Counted from the first letter of the stretch, positions 25,569-38,924 are shown. The stretch: 55,186 nucleotides of DNA from Acidithiobacillus sp. (GCA_037440305.1 JBBIUH010000001.1:1-55186); one strand, 5' to 3'. The notes: a model not told the origin generated them from the sequence alone. Numbers and translations are program-made.

Positions 25569-27013
25569 CAGATCACTCCCTGCATGGCGTAGAAGCAAAA
25601 GGCCATCAACGGCCCCGGCAGAATACCCAATACCAATAACGCCAGGCTGTTGATGCTGAGGGCGGTACTGGCCAAGTCATCACGCACGACAATCCCCGTC
25701 TCGGCATCTGCTTTGTCAAAGTACATCACTTTGACCACGCGCAGATAATAAAATGCCCCGATCACCGCCAGCAGTACGCCGATCACCGCGAGCCAGACAT
25801 ACCCTGCGGCAATCACGGCCTGAAACACAGCCAGCTTGGCATAAAAGCCCACCGTCGGCGGTACCCCGGCCATGGAAAACATGATGATCAACATCAGGAA
25901 GGCATACCAGGGCTTGCGCTGCGCCAGGCCCTTGAAGTCATCAATACGTTCCGCCTCAAAACCCGCCCGGCTGAGCAGCATAATCATGCCAAAACCGGCC
26001 AGGGACATCAGCACATAGACCACGGTATAGAAAAACGCACTGGCCAGTCCGGCCTCGGTGCCCGCGACAATGCCCAGCGACAGGAATCCGACGTGACCGA
26101 CGGTGGAATACGCCAGCATCCGCTTAATATTCTGCTGGGCAATGGCGATCACATTACCGACCACCAGAGACACCAGGCTCAGTGCGACAAAAATTTGCTG
26201 CCAGGATTCCAGCATTCCGTAGCCACCGTCTACCAGCAGACGGATGATCAGGGCGAAGGCGCCGATTTTTGGTGCCGAGGCGAGGAAGGTTGTCACCACC
26301 GTGGGCGCGCCCTGATAGACGTCGGGTAACCACATATGAAAAGGTGCCGCACCCAGTTTGAAGGCAATACCAGCGACAATAAACACAATGGCGAAGACCA
26401 GTACCAGGTTAGTCGCACTCACATTTACCAACGCGCCGGCAATATCCCGCACGTCCAGGGTCCCCGTCAGGCCATAGAGAAGCGACATACCGTAGAGCAG
26501 CATTCCGGAGGCCAGAGCGCCGAGGACGAAATACTTCAACCCGGCTTCCGTCGCCACCACACTGTCGCGATAGAAGGCGACCAGAGCGTACTGGCTCAGC
26601 GCCAGCAGTTCCAGCCCGAGATATATGCTGAGCAGGCTGCCGCCCGAGACCATCACCATGATGCCCAGTAAAGCAAAGAGCAGCAGCACGAACACTTCGC
26701 CCCGATAAATGCCACGATCCACGAGGTAGCGCCTGGAATAGAGCACCACCATCAGTACAGCGAGATAGCTGAACAACTCCGCGACGTTGGTGAAAGGGTC
26801 GAGAACGAAGAGACCGGCAAAGGCCGTACCGCTCTGCCCCATCTCAAAAATGGTCAGCACGGCGGCACCAATCAGGGTCAGCACCGTCAGCACCGCTGCA
26901 AGATCACGCAGACGATCGCCCCAGAACAAGTCCGTCAGCAAAACAACGCAGGCCATCGTCAGTACCCAGATTTCCGGTATGGCGAAAGTCCAGTGCATAA
27001 GGAATGAATTCAT
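25568..27013 (-). CDS. nuoN: NADH-quinone oxidoreductase subunit N
   Basis: EAGLKYF, FKLGAAPFHMWLPDVYQGAP. Confidence 0.97.
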   Translation of the reverse strand: MNSFLMHWTFAIPEIWVLTMACVVLLTDLFWGDRLRDLAAVLTVLTLIGAAVLTIFEMGQSGTAFAGLFVLDPFTNVAELFSYLAVLMVVLYSRRYLVDRGIYRGEVFVLLLFALLGIMVMVSGGSLLSIYLGLELLALSQYALVAFYRDSVVATEAGLKYFVLGALASGMLLYGMSLLYGLTGTLDVRDIAGALVNVSATNLVLVFAIVFIVAGIAFKLGAAPFHMWLPDVYQGAPTVVTTFLASAPKIGAFALIIRLLVDGGYGMLESWQQIFVALSLVSLVVGNVIAIAQQNIKRMLAYSTVGHVGFLSLGIVAGTEAGLASAFFYTVVYVLMSLAGFGMIMLLSRAGFEAERIDDFKGLAQRKPWYAFLMLIIMFSMAGVPPTVGFYAKLAVFQAVIAAGYVWLAVIGVLLAVIGAFYYLRVVKVMYFDKADAETGIVVRDDLASTALSINSLALLVLGILPGPLMAFCFYAMQGVI

Positions 27014-27025
27014 AGGCAAAGTCCT

Positions 27026-28510
27026 TTACGCCGGAATTTTGGAGAGAGACACCTGAGTCACCAGGTGCTGTACCGAGCTGTGCACGATATTAAGGAAGGG
27101 CGCTGGCCAGAGCCCCAGTAGCAGGGTAAAAGCCGCCAGGGTACCCAGTACAAGCATTTCCCGACCATCAAGGTCTTTCAGCCCGGCCACTTCGGGATGG
27201 GTAACGCCGCCAAAAATCGCCCGCTTGAAGAGCCAGAGGGTATAACTGGCGCCGGTAATCAGGCCGGTGGCCGCCAGAATCGCCGCCCAGGGGCTCACCT
27301 GATAGGTCCCGAGCACCACCATAAATTCGCCGACAAAACCGGAGGTGCCCGGCAGGCCGACATTACCCATGGCAAAAAGCATCATCAGCGCCGCAAAAAT
27401 CGGCATGACATTGGCCACACCACCATAGGCTTTGATATTGCGGGTATGCATCCGGTCATAGAGCACCCCAACGCAGAGGAACATGGCCGCACTGATAAAA
27501 CCATGAGACAACATCTGGATAATACTGCCATCAATCGCCACACTATCGAACACGAAAAAGCCCAGAGTCACGAAACCCATGTGGGCAATGGAGGAATAGG
27601 CAATCAGCTTCTTCATGTCTTCCTGCACAATGGCCACCAACGCGACATAAATGATCGCGATGAGGGACAAGAGAATCATCAGCCAGGCCAACTTATGACT
27701 GGCGTCGGGCACAATGGGCAGGCTCAGACGCAGGAAACCGTAAGCGCCCATTTTGAGCATGACTGCGGCCAGGATAACGGACCCCGCCGTCGGCGCCTCT
27801 ACATGGGCGTCGGGCAACCAGGTATGCATCGGCCACATGGGAATTTTCACCGCAAAGGCGAGGAAAAAAGCCAGGAAGATGAGGATCTGCGCGGTCATTC
27901 CCAGAGGGGTTTTCTGAAACACCAGCAAACTGAAGCTGCTGTTACTATGATAATATAGATAGAGTAGCGCCACCAGCATCAGCACCGATCCCAGGAAAGT
28001 ATACAGAAAGAACTTAATGGTCGCGTAGACCCGTCGCGGACCACCCCAGACCCCGATAATCAGGAACATGGGGATAAGCATGGCCTCCCAGAACACGTAA
28101 AACAGAATGGCATCCAGCGCGCAGAAGACACCAATCATCATGCCTTCCATGATCAGGAATGCTGCCATAAATTGTGCCACCCGCTCTTTCACATTCCGCC
28201 AGGAACTAATGACCACCAGCACCGTCAGGAAACTGGTGAGCAGAATAAACCACAGGGAAATCCCGTCGATGCCCAGGTGATAAAAGATGTTCAAGGAGGG
28301 AATCCAGGCAACCCGCTCGCTGAACTGCATCGCCGCCGTACGGGTATCAAACCCGGTGAAGAGTGGAATGGTCACGGCGAAGGCAGCGAGAGACACCAGC
28401 AGCGCCAGCCAGCGCGCGGCCTCGGCACGGCGATCGCCTACCGCGAGGACTAGCAGACCGCCAATGATTGGCACCCAGATGGCATAACTGAGGAGGGATG
28501 AATGCGCCAT
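27026..28510 (-). CDS. nuoM: NADH-quinone oxidoreductase subunit M
   Basis: HTWLPDAHVEAPT, LKMGAYG. Confidence 0.97.
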   Translation of the reverse strand: MAHSSLLSYAIWVPIIGGLLVLAVGDRRAEAARWLALLVSLAAFAVTIPLFTGFDTRTAAMQFSERVAWIPSLNIFYHLGIDGISLWFILLTSFLTVLVVISSWRNVKERVAQFMAAFLIMEGMMIGVFCALDAILFYVFWEAMLIPMFLIIGVWGGPRRVYATIKFFLYTFLGSVLMLVALLYLYYHSNSSFSLLVFQKTPLGMTAQILIFLAFFLAFAVKIPMWPMHTWLPDAHVEAPTAGSVILAAVMLKMGAYGFLRLSLPIVPDASHKLAWLMILLSLIAIIYVALVAIVQEDMKKLIAYSSIAHMGFVTLGFFVFDSVAIDGSIIQMLSHGFISAAMFLCVGVLYDRMHTRNIKAYGGVANVMPIFAALMMLFAMGNVGLPGTSGFVGEFMVVLGTYQVSPWAAILAATGLITGASYTLWLFKRAIFGGVTHPEVAGLKDLDGREMLVLGTLAAFTLLLGLWPAPFLNIVHSSVQHLVTQVSLSKIPA

Positions 28511-28513
28511 ACC

Positions 28514-30496
28514 TTACCCCCTCCAGACCACGAAATAAGTCATGAGTAGAATCAACCCGATAATCATCGCAAAAGCGTAGTGGTAGATATAGCCCGTTTG
28601 GACACGCCGCCACGACGATGCCGTCTTACCGATCTCACGGGCAGTACCGTTGACCATGATACCGTCGATGAGACGCTCATCGCCCACATGCCAGAACAAA
28701 CGACCAAGTTGTAGGACGCCACGCACCAGAACCGTCTGGTTGAAAGCATCAAAACCGTATTTGCTCTCCAGCACCCAAATAAAGGGGCTGAGGAATCGGG
28801 TCAGTGCCACTGGCAGACCCGGACGTAACCAGTAGAACCAGGTGGCAACGGCAATACCGGAAAGTGCCAGCCAAAACGGCCAAGCCAGTAAACCGTGCAG
28901 CAGGAACTCTCCGGTACCTTGCCAATGAGTGCTGATCTCCCCAACGGTATTTAGCTGCGGGGCAATCACCAGCGAAGAGTCGAGGAAGTGCCCGAAACCG
29001 ATAGGACCGATATAGGCCCAGCCTGCGTAAATCGCCGGAATCGCCAGCGCGATCAGGGGAATCGTAATCACCAAGGGTGACTCATGCAGATGTGAGCGGG
29101 TGTGCTCATCCATGCGCGGGGTGCCATGGAAGACGAGAAAAAACATCCGGAAAGTATAGAGCGCGGTGACGAAGGCACCCACCACCAGCATGAGCTCCGC
29201 CCAACCGGCTCCGGGCAGGGTAGAGAGCCCCACAGCCTCAATGATGAGATCCTTACTGAAGAAACCGGCGAAGGGCGGAATGCCCGATAACGCCAGACTG
29301 CCAATCAGGAAGGTGATATAGGTGATGGGCATAGCCTTGCGCAGTCCACCCATTTTGCGGATATCCTGCTCGTTAGCCATTGCATGAATCACCGAGCCCG
29401 CTGCCAGGAATAACAAGGCCTTAAAGAAGGCGTGGGTCATCAGGTGGAAAATTGCCGCAGAAAAAGCGGAAGCGCCCAGCGCCGCGGTCATGTAACCCAA
29501 CTGGGAAAGGGTCGAGTAAGCAATGATGCGCTTGATGTCGTTCTGCACCAGACCGATGAGTCCCATAAAGAGCGCGGTCACCGCGCCAATGATCAGCACC
29601 ACGGTAAGGGCCGTCGCTGACTGTTCATAAATCGGCGACATCCGCGCGACCATAAAAATACCCGCAGTGACCATGGTCGCCGCATGGATCAGGGCGGAAA
29701 TAGGGGTCGGACCCTCCATGGACTCCGGCAACCAGACATGCAAAGGCACCTGCGCCGATTTACCCATGGCGCCGATAAACAGGAGCAAAGCAATCCAAGT
29801 CAACACACTCCAGGGATGACCGGGGATAATTTCTAACGTCTGCCCCACCAAATGGGGTATGGCCGCGAATACCGTACGGTAATCCAGACTGCCGCAATAG
29901 TGGTATATAGCCGCAATCCCGATCAAAAAACCAAAATCGCCAACGCGGTTAACAATGAAAGCCTTGAGTGCCGCGACATTGGCACTTTCCCGCTGGAACC
30001 AGAAACCGATGAGCAGATACGAAACCAGACCCACAGCCTCCCAGCCAAAAAAGATCTGGAGAAAATTATTGCTCATCACCAGCATAATCATACTGAACGT
30101 GAACAAGGCTATGTAACTGAAGAAACGCGCGTAACCCGGATCACCGTGCATATAACCAATGGTATAAAGATGCACACACAGAGATACAAAGGTCACAATG
30201 ACCAGCATCAGTGCCGTCAGGCTGTCGATATCAAAACCAATAGATACCGGGAGATGTCCCAATATCGCCCAGGTATAGACATTCCCGTAAAAGGTGATGC
30301 CGTGACTGGCCTGCCAAAGCACCGCTAAAGACAGATAGAGGGCGATAATCACCCCAGTGATCGGCGCCCAATGCGCCTGTCCCCGGAGCTTCCAGCCCCA
30401 GAAACCGGCCATCAGGGAACCCGCCAGCGGCGCCAACGGAATGGCCAGATACACGGCGAGAGGGGGAAAGGCGTTTAACCAGTCAAAAGCCCACAT
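28514..30496 (-). CDS. nuoL: NADH-quinone oxidoreductase subunit L
   Basis: GKSAQVPLHVWLP..MEGPTPISALIHAATMV. Confidence 0.97.
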   Translation of the reverse strand: MWAFDWLNAFPPLAVYLAIPLAPLAGSLMAGFWGWKLRGQAHWAPITGVIIALYLSLAVLWQASHGITFYGNVYTWAILGHLPVSIGFDIDSLTALMLVIVTFVSLCVHLYTIGYMHGDPGYARFFSYIALFTFSMIMLVMSNNFLQIFFGWEAVGLVSYLLIGFWFQRESANVAALKAFIVNRVGDFGFLIGIAAIYHYCGSLDYRTVFAAIPHLVGQTLEIIPGHPWSVLTWIALLLFIGAMGKSAQVPLHVWLPESMEGPTPISALIHAATMVTAGIFMVARMSPIYEQSATALTVVLIIGAVTALFMGLIGLVQNDIKRIIAYSTLSQLGYMTAALGASAFSAAIFHLMTHAFFKALLFLAAGSVIHAMANEQDIRKMGGLRKAMPITYITFLIGSLALSGIPPFAGFFSKDLIIEAVGLSTLPGAGWAELMLVVGAFVTALYTFRMFFLVFHGTPRMDEHTRSHLHESPLVITIPLIALAIPAIYAGWAYIGPIGFGHFLDSSLVIAPQLNTVGEISTHWQGTGEFLLHGLLAWPFWLALSGIAVATWFYWLRPGLPVALTRFLSPFIWVLESKYGFDAFNQTVLVRGVLQLGRLFWHVGDERLIDGIMVNGTAREIGKTASSWRRVQTGYIYHYAFAMIIGLILLMTYFVVWRG

Positions 30497-30497
30497 A

Positions 30498-30815
30498 TCA
30501 ACCCCTCAACTCGTCGATATCATCTACATTAATGCTATGGCGATTACGGAAGTACACAACCAGTATCGCCAGGCCAATGGCCGCTTCGGCAGCCGCCACG
30601 GTGAGAATAAAAAACACAAACACCTGTCCGTCGAGATTGCCGAGATAATGGGAAAATGCGACCAGGTTGATATTCACCGCCAGCAGCAACAACTCAATAG
30701 CCATCAGCAGAATGATGACATTCTTGCGATTGAGGAAAATGCCAACCACGCCGATAGAAAAAAGAATCGCCCCGAGAATCAGATAGGCCGCCAGGGTCGG
30801 TTGTCCAGCACTCAT
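30498..30815 (-). CDS. nuoK: NADH-quinone oxidoreductase subunit K
   Basis: [12 protein letters not shown]. Confidence 0.97.
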   Translation of the reverse strand: MSAGQPTLAAYLILGAILFSIGVVGIFLNRKNVIILLMAIELLLLAVNINLVAFSHYLGNLDGQVFVFFILTVAAAEAAIGLAILVVYFRNRHSINVDDIDELRG

Positions 30816-31420
30816 GATTTAGGCTCCCGCAAATCCACCAGATGCACCCGATCTTTGGCGCGCACGGCTATCTGTGCACCAATATTCTGGGTTTTGGTAC
30901 CCGTCCGGCGCCGCAAGGTCAGAGCGATGGCAGCAACAATAGCCACAAGCAAAATAACTGCAGCTATTTCAAATGGATACAGATATTTTGTATAAAGAAG
31001 AACCCCCAGTGACCGCGTATTATCGGCATTGGCCGGTATGGCTGCGGGTGCAGGAATATGACCCAGCGGAGAAGTCCAGAAAACGACCGCCAATTCCAGC
31101 ACACCGAGGATAGCAATAGCCAGACCTAATGGCAGATAACCGAGAAAGCCTTCTTTGAGACGCGCCAGATTGATATCCAGCATCATCACCACAAAGAGGA
31201 AAAGCACCATCACCGCGCCCACATAGACCAGGATCAGGATCAACCCCAGGAATTCTGCTCCCAGCAGGATGAACAGGGCTGCCGCATTAAAAAATGCCAG
31301 CACCAGATACAAGGTCGCGTACACCGGGTTACGCGCCGTTACCACGAGGGTTGCGGAACCCAGCAGTATGGCGGAGAAAATATAAAACAGGATCGTGGTT
31401 ACTGGCAGCATGGCATCCAT
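30812..31420 (-). CDS. nuoJ: NADH-quinone oxidoreductase subunit J
   Basis: [17 protein letters not shown]. Confidence 0.97.
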   Translation of the reverse strand: MDAMLPVTTILFYIFSAILLGSATLVVTARNPVYATLYLVLAFFNAAALFILLGAEFLGLILILVYVGAVMVLFLFVVMMLDINLARLKEGFLGYLPLGLAIAILGVLELAVVFWTSPLGHIPAPAAIPANADNTRSLGVLLYTKYLYPFEIAAVILLVAIVAAIALTLRRRTGTKTQNIGAQIAVRAKDRVHLVDLREPKS

Positions 31421-31426
31421 TCTCCG

Positions 31427-31918
31427 TCAGCGATAAGCGCGATCAGCATCGCGATCGGCAGCCAGCTCCACTTCCAGGCGATCGCCATTAGCCAGCAGCA
31501 TATCTTTGGTATATATCAGGTCGCTGCGAGTTTCGCCATGATAAGACAGCACCCGGCTTTCGACGATGGAGTCCACCGGACAGGACTCTTCACAAAGTCC
31601 GCAAAAAATGCACTTGCTGAGATCAATATCATAGCGCGTCGTCCGCCGTGTGCCATCGCTGCGGACATCGCTTTCGATAGTAATGGCCAGCGCCGGACAC
31701 ACGGCCTCACAGAGCTTGCAGGCAATGCAGCGTTCCTCGCCGTTCTCATAGCGGCGCAAGGCGTGCAGGCCCCGGAAACGCGGCGATTGCGGCGTCTGCT
31801 CTTCGGGGTATTGCACAGTAATTTTTCGCGCAAAAAAATAACGACCAGTGAGTTGCATGCCGCGCAGCATCTCGGTCAGGAAAAAGGTGTTAAACCATTG
31901 CTTGGGGCGAAACTGCAT
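31427..31918 (-). CDS. nuoI: NADH-quinone oxidoreductase subunit I
   Basis: Two ferredoxin motifs, [12 protein letters not shown] and [12 protein letters not shown]. Confidence 0.97.
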   Translation of the reverse strand: MQFRPKQWFNTFFLTEMLRGMQLTGRYFFARKITVQYPEEQTPQSPRFRGLHALRRYENGEERCIACKLCEAVCPALAITIESDVRSDGTRRTTRYDIDLSKCIFCGLCEESCPVDSIVESRVLSYHGETRSDLIYTKDMLLANGDRLEVELAADRDADRAYR

Positions 31919-31928
31919 ATTGTTCTCC

Positions 31929-32954
31929 TCAGCGCAAAATGGCACGCAAGGGCGTTTCCAGAGCAACGCCGACCACGACAATCCAGGCGATCGTCACCGG
32001 GATAAACACTTTCCAGCCCAAACGCATGATCTGGTCATAGCGATAACGGGGAAAAGTGGCGCGAATCCATAAAAACATGTAGAGCAAGAAAGCCGTTTTT
32101 AGCAACAACCAGACTATTCCGGGTATCCAGGTGAGTACCGGCGTATTGATCGGCGCATACCAGCCACCGAGAAAGAGCACCGTCGTGAGCAGGGAAACAA
32201 AAATCATATTGGCATATTCAGCTAGGAAGAACAGTGCGAAGGCCATCCCGGAATATTCCACATGGAAACCCGCCACAATTTCCGACTCCCCTTCCGCTAC
32301 GTCAAAAGGGGCGCGGTTGGTTTCCGCTATGCCGGAAATAAAATACACCAAAAAGAAAGGGAATAAGGGCAGCCAGTACCAGGACCAGAAACCGCCACCC
32401 GCCTGTGCTTCAACGATTTTAGTCAGATTCAGGGTCTGGGCCAGCATCAGCACCCCCACCAAGGCAAAACCCATGGCGATTTCATAAGCCACCAACTGGG
32501 CCGCCGCACGCATGGCCCCCAGAAAGGCATATTTGGAATTGGACGCCCAGCCCGCAACGATGATGCCGTATACACCCAGACCGGCAATAGCCGGCACGTA
32601 GAGCAGGCCAGCATTCATATTGGAGATAGCCACATCCGGACCAAAAGGAATGGCCGCCCAGACCAGCAGCGCCGGCACAAAAGCCAGCACGGGTGCCGCC
32701 AAAAACAAAAAGCGATTGGCGTTGGTAGGAATGATCACTTCCTTGAACATCAGTTTCATCGCATCCGCAATCGGCTGCAGCGAACCTTTGAAACCCACCC
32801 GATTGGGGCCCAGACGTACCTGTATATAACCGATCACCTTACGCTCCGCCAGGGTCAGATAGGCCACGCCCAATAGTAGCGGCACCACCACGATGATGAT
32901 CTTTATCAACGACCAAAGGATCGCCCACCACGCCGTATTCTGAAAATCATGCAT
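31929..32954 (-). CDS. nuoH: NADH-quinone oxidoreductase subunit H
   Basis: ERKV...[14 protein letters not shown]. Confidence 0.97.
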   Translation of the reverse strand: MHDFQNTAWWAILWSLIKIIIVVVPLLLGVAYLTLAERKVIGYIQVRLGPNRVGFKGSLQPIADAMKLMFKEVIIPTNANRFLFLAAPVLAFVPALLVWAAIPFGPDVAISNMNAGLLYVPAIAGLGVYGIIVAGWASNSKYAFLGAMRAAAQLVAYEIAMGFALVGVLMLAQTLNLTKIVEAQAGGGFWSWYWLPLFPFFLVYFISGIAETNRAPFDVAEGESEIVAGFHVEYSGMAFALFFLAEYANMIFVSLLTTVLFLGGWYAPINTPVLTWIPGIVWLLLKTAFLLYMFLWIRATFPRYRYDQIMRLGWKVFIPVTIAWIVVVGVALETPLRAILR

Positions 32955-32965
32955 GGCTCTGCCTC

Positions 32966-35311
32966 CTAAGCACTGGCCACGGCGGCAGGCAGCGTCGCCA
33001 TGGTCACCGAGCAGGTCGCGTAAGTGGCACCTAGTGCTGCGGTTTCGTTATACCCCATAGGCACCCAGACGGTACCCATCGGAATCCGCACATCCAGCAC
33101 CAGAGGCAGGGAGATTTTGCCGCTGGGACTACTGATTTCGACGAAGTCCCCGCTTAGAGCCAGCACCGTGGCCTGATCCGGATGCATTTTCGCCACGGCG
33201 GGCTGGGTGAGAGGCGCGGCACGCCGCACCAGTGGATCGCCCTGATAGATGGACCAGTCGCCCAGACGGCATAACCCATCGGCATACATGGGCTCAGGGG
33301 TTGACCCCAAAGTGGGGAAGGCATGGAAAGGCGGCACATCCAGCGCATACTCGCCGATTGCGTGCCGCCAAGCGGCAGTTACTTCACTCAGCTCATTAAA
33401 CTGGAATCCAGACAGCTTAAGGCCATCACCGAGTACGCGCAGTATCTTCCAGGCCGGACGCGCCTCGTCCGGTGTTTTTACCGCTGCCCGAAAGGATTGC
33501 AGGCGCCCTTCATTATTAATGAACGATCCGGAACCCTCGGCAAAAGCCGCCATGGGCAAAATCACGTCAGCATACTGCTTCGCTTCGCTGGCAAACTGCG
33601 CGATGCTCAGCACGAACTCCGCTTTTTGCAGGGCGGCCAGCGCCGCAACACCGCGCATCGCGTCCATACCAGGCTCTGTCGCGAGGAGCACAAAGCCGCG
33701 TATATCCGAGTCCCAAAGGGCATCGGCAGGCAACCCCGACTCATGTGCGGTATGACCACCGGGCAAACGATGAGGTACACAACCACTCAGCCAGGCCCCT
33801 GCACTATTAGCCTCTTCCGCCAGCCAGCCGACCCGCCCGCCCGCCAGTTCAGCGAGCGTCTCAATCCGGGCAATCATCTCTGCCGCCTGTGGGTGATGCA
33901 GCAAGGCGCTGCCAATGAGAATGAGCGGGTTATCTGCAGCAAGCAATTCTCTTGCCACATGAGCGAGCAGATCGTCACTCACGGTTCCGGAAAGGTCTGA
34001 CAGACGGTTGCATAGGGCGTCATAAAGGGCAAGATCCGTACCTGCATCAGCTATCAACTGCGTCACGGGGTAGTTAAAATCCTGACGCAGGCTGTCCATG
34101 GCAATGACTTTACCCCCCTGCAATACGGATTTGCGCAACCGATGGTTAGTCAGCGGCTGTTGTTGCCGGGGGAAGGCATGGCAAAGCAGCACGACGGGCT
34201 CATGCTCCAGATCTTCCAGCGCCATATTCAAGGCCGGATAGACCGGCATCGCGGCATCCGCACGAAAATCCTGCTGACGCAAACGGTGGTCCACATGCGG
34301 ACTACCCAGACCACGCAACAGTGCCTGGAAAAGGAACAACTCTTCATTGCTGGATTGCGCCGAAATAAGTCCCGCCAGCCGCTCCGGGCCGTGCCGGGCG
34401 ATCACCTGCTCCAGACCAGACAAGGTCGCATCCAGAGCGTCCGCCCAAGAAACCTCGCGCCATTCGCCATCCACCCGCAACAAGGGCCGAGTCACCCGAT
34501 CTTCGGCCTGCAAACCCGTGTAGGCGTAACGCCCTTTGTCACAAATCCATTCTTCGTTGACCGCCTCATTCGCTCGCGGCAGCGCCCGCAACACCTCACG
34601 GCCCAGACTCTGCACGTCAGTATTACAGCCCGTCGAACAATGCGGGCAGAGTCCCGGTGTATGCTTCAACTCCCAGGAACGCGCCTTATAGCGGAAAGGC
34701 TTGCTGGTCAGCGCGCCCACCGGGCAGAGGTCAACCATGTTGCCGGATAATTCTGACTGCACCGCCTTGGCGACATAGGTACCAATGGCCATATGCTCGC
34801 CACGCCCCGTCGCCCCGAGCTCCATAATCCCGCCGATCTCCTGGCCGAAGCGCACGCAACGGGTGCACTGGATGCAGCGGGTCATTTCCGTGGCGATAAG
34901 TAGCCCGATGTTCTTGTCCTCCACGACCCGCTTCTCTTCCGTGTAGTGGCCGTGCGGATTGGCAAAGCCCATGGTGATGTCCTGCAAAGGACATTCACCA
35001 CCCTGATCACAGATAGGGCAGTCCAGGGGATGGTTGATGAGCAGAAACTCCAGCACGCCCTGCTGTGCCATCTTCGCCTTGCGCGAAGCGGTCGCAATCT
35101 TCATGCCGTCGGCGACGGGCGTCGCGCAGGCAGGCAATGGCTTGGGGGCTTTTTCTACATCCACCAGACACATGCGGCAATTGGCCGCCACCGACAATTT
35201 CGGGTGATAGCAAAAAAACGGAATATAAATCCCCAAAGACCCTGCGGCCTCCATAATGGTCGTCCCCGGCGCCACCTCAATGGCGTGCCCGTCAATTTCG
35301 ATGTGCGGCAT
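32966..35311 (-). CDS. nuoG: NADH-quinone oxidoreductase subunit G
   Basis: [30 protein letters not shown]. Confidence 0.97.
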   Translation of the reverse strand: MPHIEIDGHAIEVAPGTTIMEAAGSLGIYIPFFCYHPKLSVAANCRMCLVDVEKAPKPLPACATPVADGMKIATASRKAKMAQQGVLEFLLINHPLDCPICDQGGECPLQDITMGFANPHGHYTEEKRVVEDKNIGLLIATEMTRCIQCTRCVRFGQEIGGIMELGATGRGEHMAIGTYVAKAVQSELSGNMVDLCPVGALTSKPFRYKARSWELKHTPGLCPHCSTGCNTDVQSLGREVLRALPRANEAVNEEWICDKGRYAYTGLQAEDRVTRPLLRVDGEWREVSWADALDATLSGLEQVIARHGPERLAGLISAQSSNEELFLFQALLRGLGSPHVDHRLRQQDFRADAAMPVYPALNMALEDLEHEPVVLLCHAFPRQQQPLTNHRLRKSVLQGGKVIAMDSLRQDFNYPVTQLIADAGTDLALYDALCNRLSDLSGTVSDDLLAHVARELLAADNPLILIGSALLHHPQAAEMIARIETLAELAGGRVGWLAEEANSAGAWLSGCVPHRLPGGHTAHESGLPADALWDSDIRGFVLLATEPGMDAMRGVAALAALQKAEFVLSIAQFASEAKQYADVILPMAAFAEGSGSFINNEGRLQSFRAAVKTPDEARPAWKILRVLGDGLKLSGFQFNELSEVTAAWRHAIGEYALDVPPFHAFPTLGSTPEPMYADGLCRLGDWSIYQGDPLVRRAAPLTQPAVAKMHPDQATVLALSGDFVEISSPSGKISLPLVLDVRIPMGTVWVPMGYNETAALGATYATCSVTMATLPAAVASA

Positions 35312-36594
35312 CAGGCAGCTCCCATGCTGATCAGACAACGCTTGTGCTGAATGTGATATTCATATTCTTCGCGAAACAGGCGGATAGAGCTGACCACCGG
35401 AGCCACGCCACCATCGGCCAGAGCGCAGATGGTGCGGCCCTCGATGCGCGAGCCCACATCCAGCAGCAGTTGCAGGTCTTCTTCGCGGCCCTGACCATTT
35501 TCGAGGCGATGCATCACCCGCCACAGCCAACCCATCCCTTCCCGGCAGGGCGTACACTGGCCGCAGGATTCATGCATGTAAAAACGGGCGATGCGCTCCA
35601 CCGTTTTCACGATGCAGACGCTGTCATCTATGATAATCACCGAACCCGCGCCCAGAGCCGAGCCGGCTTTGGAGATGGCGTCATAGTCCATGGTCACATC
35701 CATCATGGCGGCACCCGCCACCATGGCCGTGCTGGTTCCGCCGGGAATGACCGCCTTTAGCTGGCGACCCGGTCGCAGCCCGCCTGCCATCTCCAGCAAG
35801 TCCTTAAAGGGCAAGCCCATGGGCACTTCATAATTACCCGGTTTCTGCACATGACCCGTCACCGAGAAAATTTTGGTGCCGCCGTTATTGGGCTTGCCCA
35901 AATTCAGGAACCAGTCACCGCCCTTGGTGATGATGTCCGGGACTGAGGCGAAGGTTTCCACATTATTGATGGTGGTAGGCCGTCCGTATAAGCCGTAACT
36001 GGCCGGGAAAGGCGGTTTGAAGCGTGGCTGCCCCTTCTTCCCCTCCAACGCCTCCATCAGCGCCGTTTCCTCACCGCAGATGTAGGCACCCGCGCCCCGA
36101 TACACATGCAGATCAAAGGAGAAATCGGTGTCGAGAATGTTCTGTCCGAGATAACCCTTCGCGTAAGCCTCTTCCAGCGCCCCTTCCACAATGTGGATCG
36201 GTTCCACAAATTCGCCGCGGATAAAAATGTATCCGGCACTGGCCCCCATGGCGTAGGCACCGATAATCATGCCCTCAATCAGACGATGGGGTTCATAGCG
36301 CATGACGTCCCGGTCCTTGCAGGTACCGGGCTCACCCTCGTCGGCATTGCAGAGCAGGTACTTGGTACCCGTCACCCCCTTGGGCATAAAACTCCACTTC
36401 AGCCCGGTGGGGAAACCGGCGCCACCCCGGCCACGCAGAGCAGATTTTTTTATCTCGCTGATGATCTGATCCGGCGCCATGGGGTCTAGCAACACCTTGC
36501 GCAGAGCGCCATAGCCCCCGGTCCCGGCATATACGGAGAGGCGGTGGGAATCGGGCAAACCACGATTCTGCAGCGTAACACCGTTAACGAACAT
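35311..36594 (-). CDS. nuoF: NADH-quinone oxidoreductase subunit F
   Basis: [22 protein letters not shown]. Confidence 0.97.
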   Translation of the reverse strand: MFVNGVTLQNRGLPDSHRLSVYAGTGGYGALRKVLLDPMAPDQIISEIKKSALRGRGGAGFPTGLKWSFMPKGVTGTKYLLCNADEGEPGTCKDRDVMRYEPHRLIEGMIIGAYAMGASAGYIFIRGEFVEPIHIVEGALEEAYAKGYLGQNILDTDFSFDLHVYRGAGAYICGEETALMEALEGKKGQPRFKPPFPASYGLYGRPTTINNVETFASVPDIITKGGDWFLNLGKPNNGGTKIFSVTGHVQKPGNYEVPMGLPFKDLLEMAGGLRPGRQLKAVIPGGTSTAMVAGAAMMDVTMDYDAISKAGSALGAGSVIIIDDSVCIVKTVERIARFYMHESCGQCTPCREGMGWLWRVMHRLENGQGREEDLQLLLDVGSRIEGRTICALADGGVAPVVSSIRLFREEYEYHIQHKRCLISMGAA

Positions 36595-37075
36595 CGTCGG
36601 ACCCCCCACGTAATTTCGCCAGCAAGGCATCCAGACTTTCCGGCGTCAGGTTCTCGTAGTATTGATCACCGACCTGCAGCATCGGTGCATCTTTACAGGC
36701 ACCCAGACACTCCACTTCCTGCAGGGTAAAGAGACCGTCTGCGGTCGTCTCCCCAGGATCCACACCCAGACGCTCACTGAGGTGCTGAAGTACCGCGTCG
36801 GAGCCGTTCAGAAAGCAGGATACGCTACCACAGACGCAGAGCTTGTGCCGACCCACCGGCTTGAGGTCGTACATGCTGTAAAAAGTGGCCACCTCATAGA
36901 CCTGAATCGCCGGGATGCCGAGCAGATCAGCAACATACTCCATCACCGCATCGCTCAGATAGCCCTGCTCCTCCTGTGCAATACGCAGCGCCGCCAATAA
37001 AGCAGAACGCGCCTGATTCGCCGGATATTTAGCCCGTTCACGAGCAATTTCTGCCAGAGACTTTTCCGATAACAT
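36584..37075 (-). CDS. nuoE: NADH-quinone oxidoreductase subunit E
   Basis: EVATFY, C...SC, ECLGAC. Confidence 0.97.
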   Translation of the reverse strand: MLSEKSLAEIARERAKYPANQARSALLAALRIAQEEQGYLSDAVMEYVADLLGIPAIQVYEVATFYSMYDLKPVGRHKLCVCGSVSCFLNGSDAVLQHLSERLGVDPGETTADGLFTLQEVECLGACKDAPMLQVGDQYYENLTPESLDALLAKLRGGSDDVR

Positions 37076-37078
37076 GGC

Positions 37079-38332
37079 CTACCTGTCGATCTCGCCGAAA
37101 ACAATGTCCATGGTGGACAAAATAGCCACCACGTCCGCGATCATATGTCCCCGCGCCATCTCATCCATGGCGGCGAGATGCGGGAATCCAGGTGCCCGGA
37201 TTTTCATCCGGTAGGGCTTATTGGCACCATCGGAAATCATGTAAATACCGAATTCCCCCTTGGGGGCCTCCACCGCGGTATAGACTTCGCCCGCAGGGAC
37301 CGCCATACCCTCAGAAAAGAGTTTGAAGTGATGGATAAGCGCTTCCATGCTGGTTTTCATCTCTTCGCGGGGCGGCGTGGCCACTTTGAAATCATCGGTA
37401 ATCACCGGGCCGGGGTTCTTGCGCAACCAGTCCACACACTGGGCAATAATCTGGTTACTCTGCCGCATCTCGGCCACACGGACCAGGTAGCGATCATAGC
37501 AGTCCCCGGTTTTTCCCACTGGAATATCAAAATCCAGATCGGCATAGGCCGCGTAGGGTTGTGTACGCCGCAGATCCCAGGCCACCCCGGAGGCCCGCAG
37601 CATGGGCCCGGTGAAGCCCAGTTGAATAGCCCGCTCCGGTCCCACCACGCCGATACCCACGGTGCGCTGCTTCCAGATACGATTGTCCGTTAGCAGGGTC
37701 TCATACTCATCCACATAGGTGGGAAAACGGCGGGTGAAGTCTTCAATGAAATCAAGCATGCTGCCCTGGCGACTGGCATTGAGTTCCTCCAGGCGCTGGG
37801 CGTCCCGGTAGGGAGACGGTTGGTACTGGGGCATCTGTGCAGGCAGGTCACGGTAGACGCCACCCGGGCGATAGTAGGCGGCATGCATGCGCGCGCCAGA
37901 GACTGCCTCATAGACATCCATGAGGTCTTCCCGCTCGCGGAAGCAGTAGAGAAAGACACTCATAGCACCGACATCCAGCGCATAGGCGCCCAGCCAGAGC
38001 AGATGATTGAGAATGCGGGTAATCTCGTCGAACAGGGTACGGATATACTGGGCCCGCACCGGCACCTCAAGACCGATCAGCTTCTCGACCGCCTGACAGT
38101 ACGCGTGCTCGTTGCACATCATGGACACGTAATCCAGACGATCCATGTAAGGCAAGTTCTGCAGATAGGTCTTGTTTTCTGCAAGCTTTTCGGTGGCGCG
38201 ATGGAGCAGACCGATATGGGGATCGGCGCGCTCGATCACCTCACCATCCAGCTCCAGTACCAGACGCAGCACGCCATGGGCCGAAGGATGCTGCGGTCCG
38301 AAATTCATCGTGAAATTGTTAATTTCGGGCAT
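37079..38332 (-). CDS. nuoD: NADH-quinone oxidoreductase subunit D
   Basis: [20 protein letters not shown]. Confidence 0.97.
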   Translation of the reverse strand: MPEINNFTMNFGPQHPSAHGVLRLVLELDGEVIERADPHIGLLHRATEKLAENKTYLQNLPYMDRLDYVSMMCNEHAYCQAVEKLIGLEVPVRAQYIRTLFDEITRILNHLLWLGAYALDVGAMSVFLYCFREREDLMDVYEAVSGARMHAAYYRPGGVYRDLPAQMPQYQPSPYRDAQRLEELNASRQGSMLDFIEDFTRRFPTYVDEYETLLTDNRIWKQRTVGIGVVGPERAIQLGFTGPMLRASGVAWDLRRTQPYAAYADLDFDIPVGKTGDCYDRYLVRVAEMRQSNQIIAQCVDWLRKNPGPVITDDFKVATPPREEMKTSMEALIHHFKLFSEGMAVPAGEVYTAVEAPKGEFGIYMISDGANKPYRMKIRAPGFPHLAAMDEMARGHMIADVVAILSTMDIVFGEIDR

Positions 38333-38924
38333 TGTAGCGACCCTCTCCTTCCTCGCGGATGATACGCGGCACCACCACGCGCTCCTCAGTGCGCGTCGGC
38401 TCGTAGACCACCCGTCCCTGATCCGCGTCGTAACGCATTTCCACCGTACCGACCAAGGGAAAATCCTTACGGAAGGGATAACCTACAAAGCCGTAGTCCG
38501 TGAGGATGCGCCGCAAGTCGGGGTGACCGTCAAAGAGAATCCCGTAAAGATCAAAAGCCTCACGCTCAAACCAGTTTGCCGCCGCCCAGATATCCACTAC
38601 GGATGGCACAATCGCCAGATCATCATCGGCAAAAATACGCACCCGCAGACGCTGGCGATGTTTCAGGGAGAGCAGATGATAGACCACGGCAAAGCGCGGA
38701 CCCCCCCAGAGTCCATCGCCGTAGTCAACATAGTCCACGCCGCAGACGTCCACCAACAAATCAAAGGCGCAGTCCGCGTCATCCCGAAGCCGGAGACACG
38801 CCGCTAAAAAACCCTCACGGGACAACTCCACGGTCAACTCACCGCGATCCATCCGCGCGTTGCGCAGTGTCTCCCCCAGTGCCGCGCCCAGATACTGGCG
38901 CAAATTTTCGAGTGCGTCAGTCAT
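38319..38924 (-). CDS. nuoC: NADH-quinone oxidoreductase subunit C
   Basis: [25 protein letters not shown]. Confidence 0.97.
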   Translation of the reverse strand: MTDALENLRQYLGAALGETLRNARMDRGELTVELSREGFLAACLRLRDDADCAFDLLVDVCGVDYVDYGDGLWGGPRFAVVYHLLSLKHRQRLRVRIFADDDLAIVPSVVDIWAAANWFEREAFDLYGILFDGHPDLRRILTDYGFVGYPFRKDFPLVGTVEMRYDADQGRVVYEPTRTEERVVVPRIIREEGEGRYNARN